Shown here: piece after piece, positions 1 to 10,252 of the stretch
How the letters are laid out: every line of letters starts with the position of its first letter
How positions within the stretch are numbered: the stretch's first letter is position 1
Program-made: the position numbers and the translations under genes
Source of the DNA: Acidimicrobiales bacterium
Lineage (GTDB): Bacteria > Actinomycetota > Acidimicrobiia > Acidimicrobiales > CADCSY01
Reading direction: 5' to 3'
Length of the DNA: 64,000 bases
Assembly (NCBI GenBank): GCA_035942035.1
Contig: DASZDK010000089.1
Location: forward strand, 6,490 to 70,489
The notes under the pieces: generated by a model
What the model was told of the DNA's origin: nothing
What the model saw: only the letters and a program-made list of their open reading frames with translations
Database searches by the model: none

Positions 1-957
1 GCCGGCGGGTGGGACGCGGTCGTCGTCGGTGGTGGTCCCGCCGGCCTGAGCGCCGCCACCTGGCTGGCCCGCTACCGCCGCCGCACGCTCGTGCTCGACG
101 CCGGCGAGCAGCGCAACCGGATGGTCGAGCACACCCACGGGTACCTGACGATGGACGGTGCCACTCCCGAGGCCATCCTCACCACCGCAGTCACCGGCGT
201 CGACGCCTACTCGTGCGTCGAGCGTCGGCGGGCGGAAGCCGTCTCCGTGGAGGGGTCGGAAGGCAGCTTTGTGGTGGGCCTGTCCGACGGTGGGCGGGTC
301 GAGGGCAAGCGGGTGGTCCTGGCCACGGGGGTGGTCGATGCCGTGCCCGACATCGAGGGCTTCGACGAGCACTACGGGGCGGACATCTTCCACTGCCCGT
401 CGTGCGATGGGTTCGAGGCTGCCGGCTGTGACGTGGTCGTGCTGGGTTGGAGCGCCCATGTGGCCGGCTTCGGCCTGGAGCTGCTCGACTGGGCGGCCAG
501 CGTGACCGTGGTGACCGACGGCCGTCGCTTCGAGGGTGACGACCGGCACCACCGGGCGCTGGCCGCTCACGGGATCGAGCTGCTGGAGGACGACGCCGTC
601 GCCCTGGTGGGCCGGCGGGGCGAGCTGCGCGAGGTGCTGTTGCGCAGTGGGCGCCGGCTCGACTGCCAGATGGCGTTCTTCTCGCTGGGCCATCAACCCC
701 GCACGCCGTTGGCCGAGAAGCTGGGCTGCGAACGCACCGGCGACGGCTACCTGTCGGTCGACGAGCACGGCAAGACGTCGGTCTCCGGCGTCTACGCCGC
801 CGGAGACGTCACGCCGGGGCTCCAGCTGCTGCAGGTGGCGGCGGCCAAGGGCGCGACCGCCGGCGTCGGTTGCGCCATGTCGCTGCGTCGGGAGCCTCCC
901 CTGCCCAACGGCCCCCGGCGGGCGCCCGACGTCGGCGACGCCCTGGACGAGGGCTAG
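1..957 (+). CDS. FAD-dependent pyridine nucleotide-disulfide oxidoreductase, thioredoxin-reductase-like (5' end at or beyond window edge)
   Basis: Frame 1 is open from base 1 (AGGWDAVVVGGGPAGLSAATWLARY...), so the GGGPAG FAD dinucleotide motif lies upstream of the first in-frame ATG at 91. Redox CxxC motif HCPSCDG. Second Rossmann-like segment VVVLGWSAHVAG. C-terminal GVYAAGD motif. Confidence 0.8.
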   Translation, partial: AGGWDAVVVGGGPAGLSAATWLARYRRRTLVLDAGEQRNRMVEHTHGYLTMDGATPEAILTTAVTGVDAYSCVERRRAEAVSVEGSEGSFVVGLSDGGRVEGKRVVLATGVVDAVPDIEGFDEHYGADIFHCPSCDGFEAAGCDVVVLGWSAHVAGFGLELLDWAASVTVVTDGRRFEGDDRHHRALAAHGIELLEDDAVALVGRRGELREVLLRSGRRLDCQMAFFSLGHQPRTPLAEKLGCERTGDGYLSVDEHGKTSVSGVYAAGDVTPGLQLLQVAAAKGATAGVGCAMSLRREPPLPNGPRRAPDVGDALDEG

Positions 958-970
958 CAACCGAAAAACC

Positions 971-1750
971 GTGCTGTTCGTCGGGACCTCGGGTTGGCAG
1001 TACCGCGACTGGCGGGGGACCTTCTACCCCTCAGGCGTGCCCACCCGCCGCTGGCTCGAGCACTACGCACACCGGTTCCGCACCGTGGAGGTCAACAACA
1101 CCTTCTACCGGCTGCCGCCGGCGGAGACCTTCGCGGCGTGGCGCGCCACCCTGCCCGATGACTTTGTGATGGCGCTGAAGCTGAGCCGTTACCTCACCCA
1201 CTACAAGCAGCTGCGGGAGCCGGAGGAGCCGGTCGAGCGGTTCCTGCGCCACGCCGCCCCGCTCGGCCCCCGCGTGGGCCCGCTGCTGCTCCAACTGCCA
1301 CCCACCCTGGCGGCCAACCGGTCCCGCCTGGCCGACACCCTCGACCGCTTCCCGGCCCCGGTGCGGGTGGCGGTCGAGTTCCGCCACCCGTCGTGGTTCG
1401 ACGACGAGACCCTGTCGCTGCTGGCCGCCCGCAACGTCGCCTTGGTCCTGGCCGACCGGCGGTCACGGCCGCTGGGCCTGGTGGAGCGCACCGCCGACTG
1501 GGGCTACGTGCGCTTCCACGAGGGACGGGCCAAGCCCTGGCCGTGCTACGGCGACCAGGCGCTGGCCCGGTGGACGGAGCGCCTGGCCGCTCGGTGGCGC
1601 CCCGAGGACGACGTGTTCGTCTACTTCAACAACGACCCCGGCGGTTGCGCCGTGCGCGACGCGTGCCGCTTCGCCACTCTCGCCGAGCGCCAGGGCCTGC
1701 GACCGACGCGCGTGCCGGCACCGGAAGAGGTCGACGTGGCGATCAGGTAG
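971..1750 (+). CDS. DUF72 (YecE-like) family protein
   Basis: GTG at 971 is in frame with ORF 536..1750. N-terminal VGTSGWQYRDWRGTFYP and VEVNNTFYRLP are typical DUF72 motifs. The upstream part of the long ORF overlaps the preceding gene in another frame and is discounted. Confidence 0.8.
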   Translation: MLFVGTSGWQYRDWRGTFYPSGVPTRRWLEHYAHRFRTVEVNNTFYRLPPAETFAAWRATLPDDFVMALKLSRYLTHYKQLREPEEPVERFLRHAAPLGPRVGPLLLQLPPTLAANRSRLADTLDRFPAPVRVAVEFRHPSWFDDETLSLLAARNVALVLADRRSRPLGLVERTADWGYVRFHEGRAKPWPCYGDQALARWTERLAARWRPEDDVFVYFNNDPGGCAVRDACRFATLAERQGLRPTRVPAPEEVDVAIR

Positions 1751-1846
1751 CGGACCGCTGCCGGTCATATCAGTCGGTATGCAATGCGAACGCGGTGAGG
1801 TCTCGCATAGGCAACTGGGCAGGAACGTCTGATTGGTGTACGTGCG

Positions 1847-2614
1847 GTGAAGCCGATCGAAACCTCATTGGAATTCGGCGGCGGAGAGCTGGGCATGCCG
1901 GCCCACGAAGGAGCTGATGATGCAACTTTGCCGGACGAATTTCTCAGGCAGTTGCCTCGCTATTGGTGGTTTTCGCCCTCCCCGTCGTTTCGTCCAGCAC
2001 CGCCTCAGCAGCACCATCGGGAACAGAGCTTCTTGAACTTCCGCGTAACCGCGACCCGTACCGGAAAGTTGTGGATCGGCGAGCACGTGAGAGAACTGGC
2101 CAACGGTTGCTCTCGCCCACGGCAGATCACGGCGTCATGGCTTGGCCTTGGCGTCGAGACCCACGACGTGTGCGACAGGACCTCGCCCCCCGATCCTGTG
2201 GTGCTGCACGGTGGACCACCCACGAGCGAACAGCCGCGAACGGATGACTTCTCGACGGCAAGTCACGTTGTCGGCTGTGCCATTCAATTGTCGGATTCGC
2301 CCTCGCCTCTGCTGCTGTCATCGCCAGCGGTGGCTCAATGTTCTGGCGGGGCATTGCCGCACTTGGATGGTCGAGGGTGGCCTTTGTTCATAGGTGCGGC
2401 CAAGGTGGTCAGTGTCGCATCGAAGAAGCACAATGGTTGGGGTCACGACCACAGATATGCGATCGGTCTACGACTCACATGGATAGCCCTCGTCATTTCC
2501 ACCATTGCTGTGTATGTCTACAGCTGGGTAGGCGGAGTGTGGCCGAAAACGTTCGTCTTAGCGGTCGCGGGATCGTCGGTGCTGGGCGTCATCACCGTCG
2601 TTGCCGTCGTCTAG
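1847..2614 (+). CDS. Orphan hypothetical protein with two C-terminal hydrophobic segments
   Basis: Longest ORF in a visibly more AT-rich ~1 kb stretch. No motif recognised. The C-terminus (LTWIALVISTIAVYVYSWVGG...FVLAVAGSSVLGVITVVAVV) looks like two TM helices. Codon third-position bias is weaker than in neighbours, so coding status is uncertain. Confidence 0.3.
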   Translation: MKPIETSLEFGGGELGMPAHEGADDATLPDEFLRQLPRYWWFSPSPSFRPAPPQQHHREQSFLNFRVTATRTGKLWIGEHVRELANGCSRPRQITASWLGLGVETHDVCDRTSPPDPVVLHGGPPTSEQPRTDDFSTASHVVGCAIQLSDSPSPLLLSSPAVAQCSGGALPHLDGRGWPLFIGAAKVVSVASKKHNGWGHDHRYAIGLRLTWIALVISTIAVYVYSWVGGVWPKTFVLAVAGSSVLGVITVVAVV

Positions 2615-2758
2615 GAGCGGCCGGGTATGGGCACCGGCGCCATCTTGCACGCCACCTTCGTAACGGCGCTTCTCCGCTCTGGCCCTGTGACAGTCGCGGG
2701 GTGAAGAGGCCGTAGCCGCATTGCGGCCGCCCCCGCCGGCTACTCGGGTGATGACGAG

Positions 2759-3196
2759 CTACCCGACCGGGGAGGTCTGCTCCCGGACCTGGCGCTTGAG
2801 GTGGCCGAGGATGGCGCCCATCCCCCGCAGGCGGAGGGTGGAGATGGCCTCGTCGAGGCCCATCTGGCTGTAGAAGTCGTTGGGCACGGCCAGGACCTCT
2901 TCGGCCGTCGCCCCGTTCAGGCCCTCGGCCAGGATCCCGGCAAAGCCCCGGGTGGTCGGTGCCTGGGGCGGGCAGTCGAACCACACGGCGACCCGGCCGT
3001 CGCCGTCGACCTCGGTGGAGAGGAAGAACGGGGTCTGGCACTCCTCGACCTGCTCCATGGAGCCCTGCTTGCCCTCGAGGTGCGGGGGCAGGGGGGGGAG
3101 CTTGCGGGAGTACTCCAGCAGCGCCTCGAGGCGCAGGTCCTTGGGGGCGCCGGCGAACAGCTCGACGATGCGCTGGAGCTTGGGGGGAGACGCCAT
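2759..3196 (-). CDS. sufE: SufE-like cysteine desulfuration (sulfur acceptor) protein
   Basis: Internal ATG (CAT at 3194-3196) gives MASPPKLQRIVELFAGAPKDLRLEALLEYSRKLPPLP, the typical SufE/CsdE N-terminus. Conserved Cys in VEECQTPFFL. C-terminal RLRGMGAILGHLK. Confidence 0.8.
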   Translation of the reverse strand: MASPPKLQRIVELFAGAPKDLRLEALLEYSRKLPPLPPHLEGKQGSMEQVEECQTPFFLSTEVDGDGRVAVWFDCPPQAPTTRGFAGILAEGLNGATAEEVLAVPNDFYSQMGLDEAISTLRLRGMGAILGHLKRQVREQTSPVG

Positions 3197-3221
3197 GACG
3201 AACCTCGAATCTTGACCAGAC

Positions 3222-3243
3222 TTATCGGGTATTGACACGATAA
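3222..3243. promoter_or_regulatory. Inverted repeat TTATCG-N10-CGATAA in the divergent sufE/rhodanese intergenic region (possible operator)
   Basis: Read directly in the most AT-rich part of the 112-bp intergenic region. It overlaps a TTGACA hexamer. A tandem direct repeat CCAACGAGTC x2 follows at 3262-3282. No regulator is assigned. Confidence 0.2.
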
Positions 3244-3308
3244 CCCTAGACTCGGCCCGAACCAACGAGTCCCAACGAGTCCTGACCGCAGGAACGAGAG
3301 GAGTGCCC

Positions 3309-4220
3309 ATGGCACCAGACGTCGCCCCCGACACCGACCAGAAGCTCCAAGCTTACGCCCATCCCGAGAAGCTCGTCACCACCGAGTGGCTGGCCGAGCA
3401 CCTCGACGATCCCCAGGTGGTGGTGGTGGAGTCGGACGAGGACGTCTTGTTGTACGACACGGGCCACATTCCGGGCGCGGTGAAGATCGACTGGCACACC
3501 GACCTGCAAGACCCGGTGGCCCGCGACTACCTCAACGGCGAGGAGTTCTCCAAGCTGATGTCGGCCAAGGGCATCTCCCGTGACACGACGGTGGTGTTCT
3601 ACGGCGACAACTTCAACTGGTGGGCCGCCTATGCCCTGTGGGTGTTCAGCCTCTTCGGCCACCCGGACACCCGGCTGCTCGACGGCGGCCGCCAGAAGTG
3701 GCAGGAAGAGGGCCGGCCGATGACGACCGACGTGCCCACCCCCCAGGCCACCGACTACCCCGTGGTCGAGCGCGACGACGCCCCCATCCGCGCCTTCGCC
3801 GACGACGTGCGCGCCCACATCCGCTCGCAGGGGCGGCTGGTCGACGTGCGCTCGCCCCAGGAGTACTCCGGTGAGCTGCTGCACATGCCGGCCTACCCTC
3901 AGGAGGGCGCCCTCCGCGGCGGGCACATCCCCGGAGCGGCGAGCGTGCCCTGGAAGAGGGCGGCCAACGACGACGGCACCTTCAAGAGCGCCGACGAGCT
4001 GCGCGCTCTCTACGAGCAGGAGGTCGGGCTCAAGGAGGACGACGACGTCATCGCCTACTGCCGCATCGGCGAGCGCTCCAGCCACACGTGGTTCGCGCTG
4101 CACCACCTGCTGGGCTACCCCAAGGTGCGCAACTACGACGGGTCGTGGACCGAGTGGGGGAACCAGGTTCGGGCACCCATCGAGAAGCCGGGGCACCCGG
4201 TGCGTCCCGAGGTCGCCTGA
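3309..4220 (+). CDS. Thiosulfate/3-mercaptopyruvate sulfurtransferase (tandem rhodanese domains)
   Basis: Active-site loop [19 protein letters not shown] motifs in both halves, and SseA/CysA-like overall length. ATG at 3309 sits 6 nt after AGGAG. GTG at 3303 is an alternative start. Confidence 0.85.
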   Translation: MAPDVAPDTDQKLQAYAHPEKLVTTEWLAEHLDDPQVVVVESDEDVLLYDTGHIPGAVKIDWHTDLQDPVARDYLNGEEFSKLMSAKGISRDTTVVFYGDNFNWWAAYALWVFSLFGHPDTRLLDGGRQKWQEEGRPMTTDVPTPQATDYPVVERDDAPIRAFADDVRAHIRSQGRLVDVRSPQEYSGELLHMPAYPQEGALRGGHIPGAASVPWKRAANDDGTFKSADELRALYEQEVGLKEDDDVIAYCRIGERSSHTWFALHHLLGYPKVRNYDGSWTEWGNQVRAPIEKPGHPVRPEVA

Positions 4221-4254
4221 GCCTCTCGCACCGCTGACCGGTACACCCTCCTCG

Positions 4255-4296
4255 CTACCGGGGGCCGCCGCCGGCGGCCCCCGGTAGCCTGTTTTT
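4255..4296 (+). terminator. Rho-independent terminator after the rhodanese gene
   Basis: Perfect 15-bp stem CTACCGGGGGCCGCC / GGCGGCCCCCGGTAG with a 3-nt loop, followed by CCTGTTTTT. Confidence 0.7.
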
Positions 4297-4328
4297 CCGG
4301 CGAAGGCGGCACGGCGGAAGGGGAGCGC

Positions 4329-5414
4329 ATGGCAGTCGAGGCCCGGGCGGTGGTGGCCGCCGCCAAGGGAGCGCCGGTCTCGGTGGAGACGATCCTCGTC
4401 CCCGATCCGGGCCCGGGCGAGGTGAAGGTGCGCGTCCAGGCCTGCGGCGTGTGCCATACCGACCTGCACTACCGGGAGGGCGCCATCACCGACGACTTCC
4501 CGTTCCTTCTCGGCCACGAGGCGGCGGGGACGGTGGAGGCCGTCGGTGACGGCGTCAGCGAGGTGGCGCCGGGTGACTACGTCGTGCTGGCGTGGCGGGC
4601 GCCGTGTGGGCGGTGCCGCTCGTGCCGCCGGGGTCGCCTCCACCACTGCTTCGACAGCGCCAACGCCACGCAGCCCATGACGCTCGCCGACGGGACGCCC
4701 CTGACCGCGGCACTGGGGATCGGCGCCTTCGCGGAACGAACGCTCGTGGCCGCCGGCCAAGCCGTGCGCGTCGACCCCGCGGCCCGTCCGGAGGCGGCGG
4801 GACTGGTCGGCTGCGGGGTGATGGCGGGCTTCGGTGCCGCCGTCAACACCGGCGCGGTGGGGCTGGGCGACTCGGTGGCGGTCATCGGCTGCGGTGGTGT
4901 GGGCAACGCCGCGGTGGCCGCCTCGGCGCTGGTGGGCGCCCGCCGGGTCATCGCCGTCGACCTCGATGTCCGCAAGCTCGAGTGGGCGGTGGGCTTCGGG
5001 GCCACCCACACGGTCGACGCCTCGGAAGTCGACACCGTGGAGGCCGTCCGGGAGCTGACCGACGGCTTCGGAGCCGATGTCGTCATCGACGCCGTCGGCC
5101 TGGCCTCCACCTACCGGCAGGCCTTCTACGCCCGCGACCTGGCCGGGACGCTGGTGCAGGTGGGGGTTCCCGATCCCATGGCGACCATCGACCTGCCGCT
5201 GATCGACCTGTTCGGACGGGGCGGGGCCCTCAAGTCGTCGTGGTACGGCGACTGCCTACCTTCGCGGGACTTCCCCATGCTGATCGACCTCTACCTCCAA
5301 GGGAAGTTCGACCTCGACGGCTTCGTCACCGAGACCGTGGCCCTCGACCAGGTCGAGGCGGCGTTCGACAAGATGGGCGCAGGCGACGTCCTGCGCTCGG
5401 TCGTCGTCCTGTGA
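4329..5414 (+). CDS. Class III zinc alcohol dehydrogenase, probable S-(hydroxymethyl)mycothiol dehydrogenase
   Basis: [22 protein letters not shown], structural-zinc Cys cluster [15 protein letters not shown], and GCGGVG NAD motif. It is followed by an MBL hydrolase, as in the mycobacterial mscR locus. Confidence 0.8.
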   Translation: MAVEARAVVAAAKGAPVSVETILVPDPGPGEVKVRVQACGVCHTDLHYREGAITDDFPFLLGHEAAGTVEAVGDGVSEVAPGDYVVLAWRAPCGRCRSCRRGRLHHCFDSANATQPMTLADGTPLTAALGIGAFAERTLVAAGQAVRVDPAARPEAAGLVGCGVMAGFGAAVNTGAVGLGDSVAVIGCGGVGNAAVAASALVGARRVIAVDLDVRKLEWAVGFGATHTVDASEVDTVEAVRELTDGFGADVVIDAVGLASTYRQAFYARDLAGTLVQVGVPDPMATIDLPLIDLFGRGGALKSSWYGDCLPSRDFPMLIDLYLQGKFDLDGFVTETVALDQVEAAFDKMGAGDVLRSVVVL

Positions 5415-6070
5415 CCCCCGTGGGCGGCGACGTGGCGGTGGCCGTGGAGCGGGTGCGGACGTCGGGGACCTTCTCCCTCGACGGGCAGCACTTCGACGTC
5501 GAGAACAACGTCTGGCTCGTCGGTGAACGGATGGCGGGGGCTCCCGTCGTGGTCATCGACGCCGCCCACGACGCCGGTCCCGTTCTCGAGGCGGTGGGTG
5601 ACCGCCAGGTGGTCGCCGTGGTCTGCACCCATGGGCACAACGACCACGTCAACGCCGCCCTCGACGTGGCCGGTGCCACCGGCGCGCCCGTCGCCCTCCA
5701 CCCGGCCGACCGGATGCTGTGGGACGTCGTCCACCCCGACCGGGCTCCGGACCGGGAGCTGGCCGATGGGGACGAGATCGAGGTGGGGGAGGCCCGCCTG
5801 CACGTGCTGCACACGCCCGGGCACTCCCCGGGCGGCGTCTGCCTGTACCTGCCCGCCCAGGCGATGCTGTTCTCCGGCGACACCCTCTTCCAGGGCGGCC
5901 CCGGCGCCACCGGTCGTTCCTTCTCGGACTTCCCGACCATCATCGACTCCATCCGGCGGCGGCTGCTCCCGCTGCCCGGGGAAACGATCGTGCACACAGG
6001 CCACGGCGACTCGACGACCATCGGCGCTGAGGCGCCGCAGCTCGACGAGTGGGTGCGGCGGGGTCACTGA
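5411..6070 (+). CDS. MBL-fold metallo-hydrolase
   Basis: GTG at 5411 overlaps the upstream stop (GTGA). HxHxDH motif CTHGHNDHV, then HTPGHSPGG and HTGHGD. Confidence 0.85.
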   Translation: MTPVGGDVAVAVERVRTSGTFSLDGQHFDVENNVWLVGERMAGAPVVVIDAAHDAGPVLEAVGDRQVVAVVCTHGHNDHVNAALDVAGATGAPVALHPADRMLWDVVHPDRAPDRELADGDEIEVGEARLHVLHTPGHSPGGVCLYLPAQAMLFSGDTLFQGGPGATGRSFSDFPTIIDSIRRRLLPLPGETIVHTGHGDSTTIGAEAPQLDEWVRRGH

Positions 6071-6073
6071 GCC

Positions 6074-6772
6074 GTGCCGCGCTGGGAGGTGGCAGCGTCG
6101 CTGGTGGGCGGGGCCTGGGCACCGGGCGACTACGACGTGGGCGACCTCGTCCGCCTGCGGCCGCGACCCGACGACGTGGCCAGCCTGGGGCCCGAGCAGG
6201 CCCGTTTGGCGGCGATCGTCCGCCTGGCCAACTCGGTGACCTTCGCCGTAGCCCTCGCCCTGCTCCTGGTGCGGATGGTGCCTGTGAGCGCCGCTGAGTT
6301 CGAGTTCCGGCCGTGGGCGCAGCGCGACCTCGTGATCGTGGACGAGACCGACGACCCCGGCTGGCAGCGGGCCACCCGGCACGCGGTGGAGGTGTGGAAC
6401 CGCTCCGGTGCCGACCTGCGCCTCACCTGGGTCGCCGGCGAGCCCGGCGGTGAGTGCCGTGGCCAAGGGAGCCGAATCGCGGTGTGCCCGGCCCACGAGC
6501 AGAGCCTGGAGGGAATCTTGGACTTCCAGGGACGCGCGTCCCAGGAGCCCGGCGGTGACCATCCGAAGTCGGCGTTCGTGGAGGTGTGCACCGACTGCGG
6601 GCTCGACGACACCCTCCGGCGGGTGGTGGCCACCCACGAGATCGGGCACGCCCTGGGCCTGCCCCACAACTCCCTGCTCGGTTCGGTCATGTACCCCACC
6701 GGGGGCACCGACCAGCCCGACGAGATCGACTACGCCGACCTGCGAGCCCTCTACCCCATTGCGCGGGACTGA
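6074..6772 (+). CDS. Membrane-anchored matrixin-like (M10) zinc metalloprotease
   Basis: HEIGHALGLPH zinc-binding motif followed by a Met-turn-like SVMYP. N-terminal hydrophobic segment LANSVTFAVALALLLVRMV. Starts 3 nt after the MBL gene stop. Confidence 0.75.
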   Translation: MPRWEVAASLVGGAWAPGDYDVGDLVRLRPRPDDVASLGPEQARLAAIVRLANSVTFAVALALLLVRMVPVSAAEFEFRPWAQRDLVIVDETDDPGWQRATRHAVEVWNRSGADLRLTWVAGEPGGECRGQGSRIAVCPAHEQSLEGILDFQGRASQEPGGDHPKSAFVEVCTDCGLDDTLRRVVATHEIGHALGLPHNSLLGSVMYPTGGTDQPDEIDYADLRALYPIARD

Positions 6773-6784
6773 CGGCGCCGGCCC

Positions 6785-9700
6785 TCAGCGAGCGATGAAG
6801 TACTTGGCCCGGGGGTGGTGGCAGATGATGGCCGAGGTGGTCTGCTCGGGCTGGTACTGGTAGCCCGTCTCCTCGCTCACCACCAGGCCGATGCGCTCAC
6901 CCTCGAGCAGATCCCACACGGTGACGTTGTCCTCCAGGTCGGGGCAGGCGGGATAACCCCAGGAGTAGCGACTGCCCCGGTACTGCTGGCGGAACAGCCC
7001 CTTGAGCGTCGGCCCATCCTCGTCGGCGAAGCCCCACTCCTCGCGGATGCGGCGGTGCCAGTACTCGGCCAGGGCCTCGGCCATCTCCACCCCGAGACCG
7101 TGGAGCAACAGGTACTTGGAGTACTCGTCCTCGGCGAAGAGCCGGCCGGCGGCCTCGGACACGGCGCCGCCCATGGTGACGATGTGGAAGGCGGCGTAGT
7201 CGGCCTCGCCCGAGTCCAGCGGGCGGAAGAAGTCGGCGATGCACAGGAACGGATCCTCCTGCTGGCGAGGGAACGAGAAGCGGCCCCACTCGGCGGTCCG
7301 GCTGTCGTCGGTCCAGATCACCACGTCGTTGCCGTCACCGTTGGCGGGGAAGAAGCCGTAGACGACCTGGGGCACGAGGATCCCCGATGCCTTGGCCTCG
7401 GCCAACTGCTCCCGCAGCACCGGGCGGATGCGGTCCTTGAACACCTCGTCGGACTCCCCCTTCTCGGGTCGGTAGCCCCACTGGTTGCGGAAGAGGGCGG
7501 TCTCGTTCACGTAGGCGGCGATCTCGTCGAGGGAGATGCCCTTGACCACCCGGGAACCGAGGAACGGCGGCTTGAACACCCCGTTGTCGGTGGCGACCTC
7601 GGGAGAGCGGGGCGGGACCTCCACATTGGGATCGGGGGTGCGCTGGCTGCGCCGGGGGAGCAGCACCCGCCCTCCCGGCACCCGGCCGAAGTCGGGGTCG
7701 TCGGCGCCCGTGCGCTTGAGCTCGTTCAGGCGATCGAGCGTGCGCAGACCCTCGAAGGCGTCCTTGCCGTAGAACAGCCGGCCCTCGTAGACCTCCCTGA
7801 GGTCACGCTCGACGTACGAGCGGGTGAGGGCGGCGCCGCCGAGCAGCACGGGGATGCGATCCAGACCCTGGGCATTGAGCTCCTCGAGGTTCTCGCGCAT
7901 GATCAACGTGGACTTGACCAGCAGCCCACTCATGCCGATGGCGTCGGCCTTGACCTCGAGCGCCTTGGCCACCATGTCGGTGATCGAGACCTTGATGCCC
8001 AGGTTGAACACCTCGTAGCCGTTGTTGGTGAGGATGATGTCGACCAGGTTCTTGCCGATGTCGTGGACGTCGCCCTTCACCGTGGCCAGCACCACCCTGC
8101 CCTTGCCTCCCTGGTCGGCCTTCTCCATGTGGGGCTCCAGCCAGGCCACCGCCCGCTTCATGGTCTCGGCCGACTGCAGCACGAAGGGCAGCTGCATCTG
8201 GCCGGAACCGAACAGCTCGCCCACCACCTTCATGCCCGCCAGCAGGTCGTCGTTGACGATGGCGAGCGCCGGCTTGGCCGCCAGGGCCTCCTCCAACTCG
8301 GCCTCCAGCCCGTCGCGGTCGCCGTCGATGATCCGCGCCTTCAGGCGCTCGGCGACGGGCCAGTCGCTGCGGTCCTCGTTCTCCACCGCCGCCGAGGTGA
8401 CCCCCTCGAAGGCGGCGAGCAGTTCCTGGAGTGGGTCGTAGCCCGGCCGGCGGCGGTCGTAGATCAGGTCGAGGCAGATCTCCCGGACTCGCTCGTCGAT
8501 CTTGTTGAGCGGCATGATGCGCCCCGCGTGGACGATGGCGGCGTCGAGACCCGCCTCCAGGCACTCGTGCAGGAACATCGAGTTGAGGACGTGGCGGGCG
8601 GCGGGGTTGAGCCCGAAGCTGACGTTCGACAGCCCGAGGATGGTCGACACTCCCGGCAGCTCGGCCTTGATCCGACGGATGCCCTCGATGGTCTCGATCC
8701 CGTCGCGCCGGCTCTCCTCCATCCCCGTCGACAGGGGCAGCGCCAGAGGGTCGAACAGGAGATCGGACGGTTCGAGCCCGTAGCGCTCGACGGCCAGGTC
8801 GTGGATGGCCCGTGCCGCCCGCAGCTTCCAGTCGGCCGTGCGGGCTTGGCCCTCGGTGTCGATGCAGGTGCACACCACGGCGGCGCCGTACTCGCGGGCG
8901 AGGCTCAGGAAGCGGTCGAGGCGTGTCCCGGGCGCGTCGCCGTCCTCCAGGTTGACCGAGTTCAGCACCGGCCGACCGCCGATCCATCGCAGCCCGGTCT
9001 CGATGACGTCGGGCTCGGTGGAGTCGAGCATGAGCGGCTGCGACGACTGCGTGGCGAAACGCTGGGCGATCTGCTCCATGTCGGCCACGCCGTCCTCACC
9101 CGTGTAGTCGACGCAGACGTCGAGCACGTGGGCGCCCTCCTTGACCTGGTCCTTCGCCATGGCCACACAGGTCTCCCAGTCGTCGTCCAGCATGGCCTCG
9201 CGGAACCTCCGCGACCCGTTGGCGTTGGTGCGCTCGCCCACCACCAGGAAGCTCGTGTCCTGGCGGAACGGGACGGCGGTGTAGATGGACGCCGCGCCGG
9301 CCTCGTGCACGGGGGAGCGCGGTGCGGGCGTGAGCTCGGCACAGCGCTCGACCACCGCCCGCAGGTGCTCGGGCGTCGTCCCGCAGCAGCCGCCCACGAC
9401 CGACACGCCCAGCTCGGTAACGAAGCGGTGGTGGTACTCGGCCAGCTGGTCGGGGCTCAAGTCGTAGTGCATCTTGCCGTCGACCACCGAGGGCAGGCCA
9501 GCGTTGGGCAGGCACGACAGCGGCATGCGGGCGGCGGCGCTCAGGTGGCGGAGGTGCTCGTGCATCTCGGCCGGACCGGTGGCGCAGTTGACGCCGAGGA
9601 CGTCGGGGCGCATGGGGTCGAGTGCGGTGAGGGCAGCGGCGATCTCGGTGCCGGGCAGCATGCGACCGGTGAGCTCCACGGTCACCTGGACCTGGAGGGG

Positions 9701-10252
9701 GACGGTGCGCCCGGCGGCGGCCATGGCCCGCCGACACGCCACGATGGCCGCCTTGGCCTGCAGGAGGTCGAAGACCGTCTCGATCAACAGCAGGTCGACG
9801 CCCCCGGTCAGCAGCCCCCGGGCCTGGACCTCGTAGGCGTCGCGCAGCTCGGCGAAGCGGATGTTGCCGAGCGACGGGAACTTGGTGCCGGGGCCGATGG
9901 AGCCGGCGACCCAGCGGGGACGGTCGGGGGTGGAGAAGTCGCTGGCCACCGAGCGGGCGATGCGGGCCGCGGTCTCGTTGAGCTCCTCGGTCCGGTCGGC
10001 GATCCCGTACTCGCTGAGTGGGACGGCGAAGGCTCCGAAGGTGTTGGTCTCGACCACGTCACAGCCCACCTCGAAGAACGACGCGTGCAGCTCGGCCACC
10101 ACGTCGGGTCGGGTGGCGACGAGGATCTCGTTGCAGCCCTCCAGCGCCGGCCCCCCGAAGTCGTCCGGCCCCAGCTCTCGCAACTGGAGGTTCGTGCCGA
10201 CGGCCCCGTCGAACACGACCACCCGCTCCCGTGCGGCTCCGAGGAAATCCAT
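6785..10252 (-). CDS. metH: Cobalamin-dependent methionine synthase
   Basis: Start at MDFLGAARERVVVFDGAVGTNLQ (CAT at 10250-10252). Homocysteine-binding and pterin-binding regions. B12-binding DxHxxG motif GDVHDIGKNLV. C-terminal AdoMet activation domain. About 1155 aa. Confidence 0.95.
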   Translation of the reverse strand: MDFLGAARERVVVFDGAVGTNLQLRELGPDDFGGPALEGCNEILVATRPDVVAELHASFFEVGCDVVETNTFGAFAVPLSEYGIADRTEELNETAARIARSVASDFSTPDRPRWVAGSIGPGTKFPSLGNIRFAELRDAYEVQARGLLTGGVDLLLIETVFDLLQAKAAIVACRRAMAAAGRTVPLQVQVTVELTGRMLPGTEIAAALTALDPMRPDVLGVNCATGPAEMHEHLRHLSAAARMPLSCLPNAGLPSVVDGKMHYDLSPDQLAEYHHRFVTELGVSVVGGCCGTTPEHLRAVVERCAELTPAPRSPVHEAGAASIYTAVPFRQDTSFLVVGERTNANGSRRFREAMLDDDWETCVAMAKDQVKEGAHVLDVCVDYTGEDGVADMEQIAQRFATQSSQPLMLDSTEPDVIETGLRWIGGRPVLNSVNLEDGDAPGTRLDRFLSLAREYGAAVVCTCIDTEGQARTADWKLRAARAIHDLAVERYGLEPSDLLFDPLALPLSTGMEESRRDGIETIEGIRRIKAELPGVSTILGLSNVSFGLNPAARHVLNSMFLHECLEAGLDAAIVHAGRIMPLNKIDERVREICLDLIYDRRRPGYDPLQELLAAFEGVTSAAVENEDRSDWPVAERLKARIIDGDRDGLEAELEEALAAKPALAIVNDDLLAGMKVVGELFGSGQMQLPFVLQSAETMKRAVAWLEPHMEKADQGGKGRVVLATVKGDVHDIGKNLVDIILTNNGYEVFNLGIKVSITDMVAKALEVKADAIGMSGLLVKSTLIMRENLEELNAQGLDRIPVLLGGAALTRSYVERDLREVYEGRLFYGKDAFEGLRTLDRLNELKRTGADDPDFGRVPGGRVLLPRRSQRTPDPNVEVPPRSPEVATDNGVFKPPFLGSRVVKGISLDEIAAYVNETALFRNQWGYRPEKGESDEVFKDRIRPVLREQLAEAKASGILVPQVVYGFFPANGDGNDVVIWTDDSRTAEWGRFSFPRQQEDPFLCIADFFRPLDSGEADYAAFHIVTMGGAVSEAAGRLFAEDEYSKYLLLHGLGVEMAEALAEYWHRRIREEWGFADEDGPTLKGLFRQQYRGSRYSWGYPACPDLEDNVTVWDLLEGERIGLVVSEETGYQYQPEQTTSAIICHHPRAKYFIAR

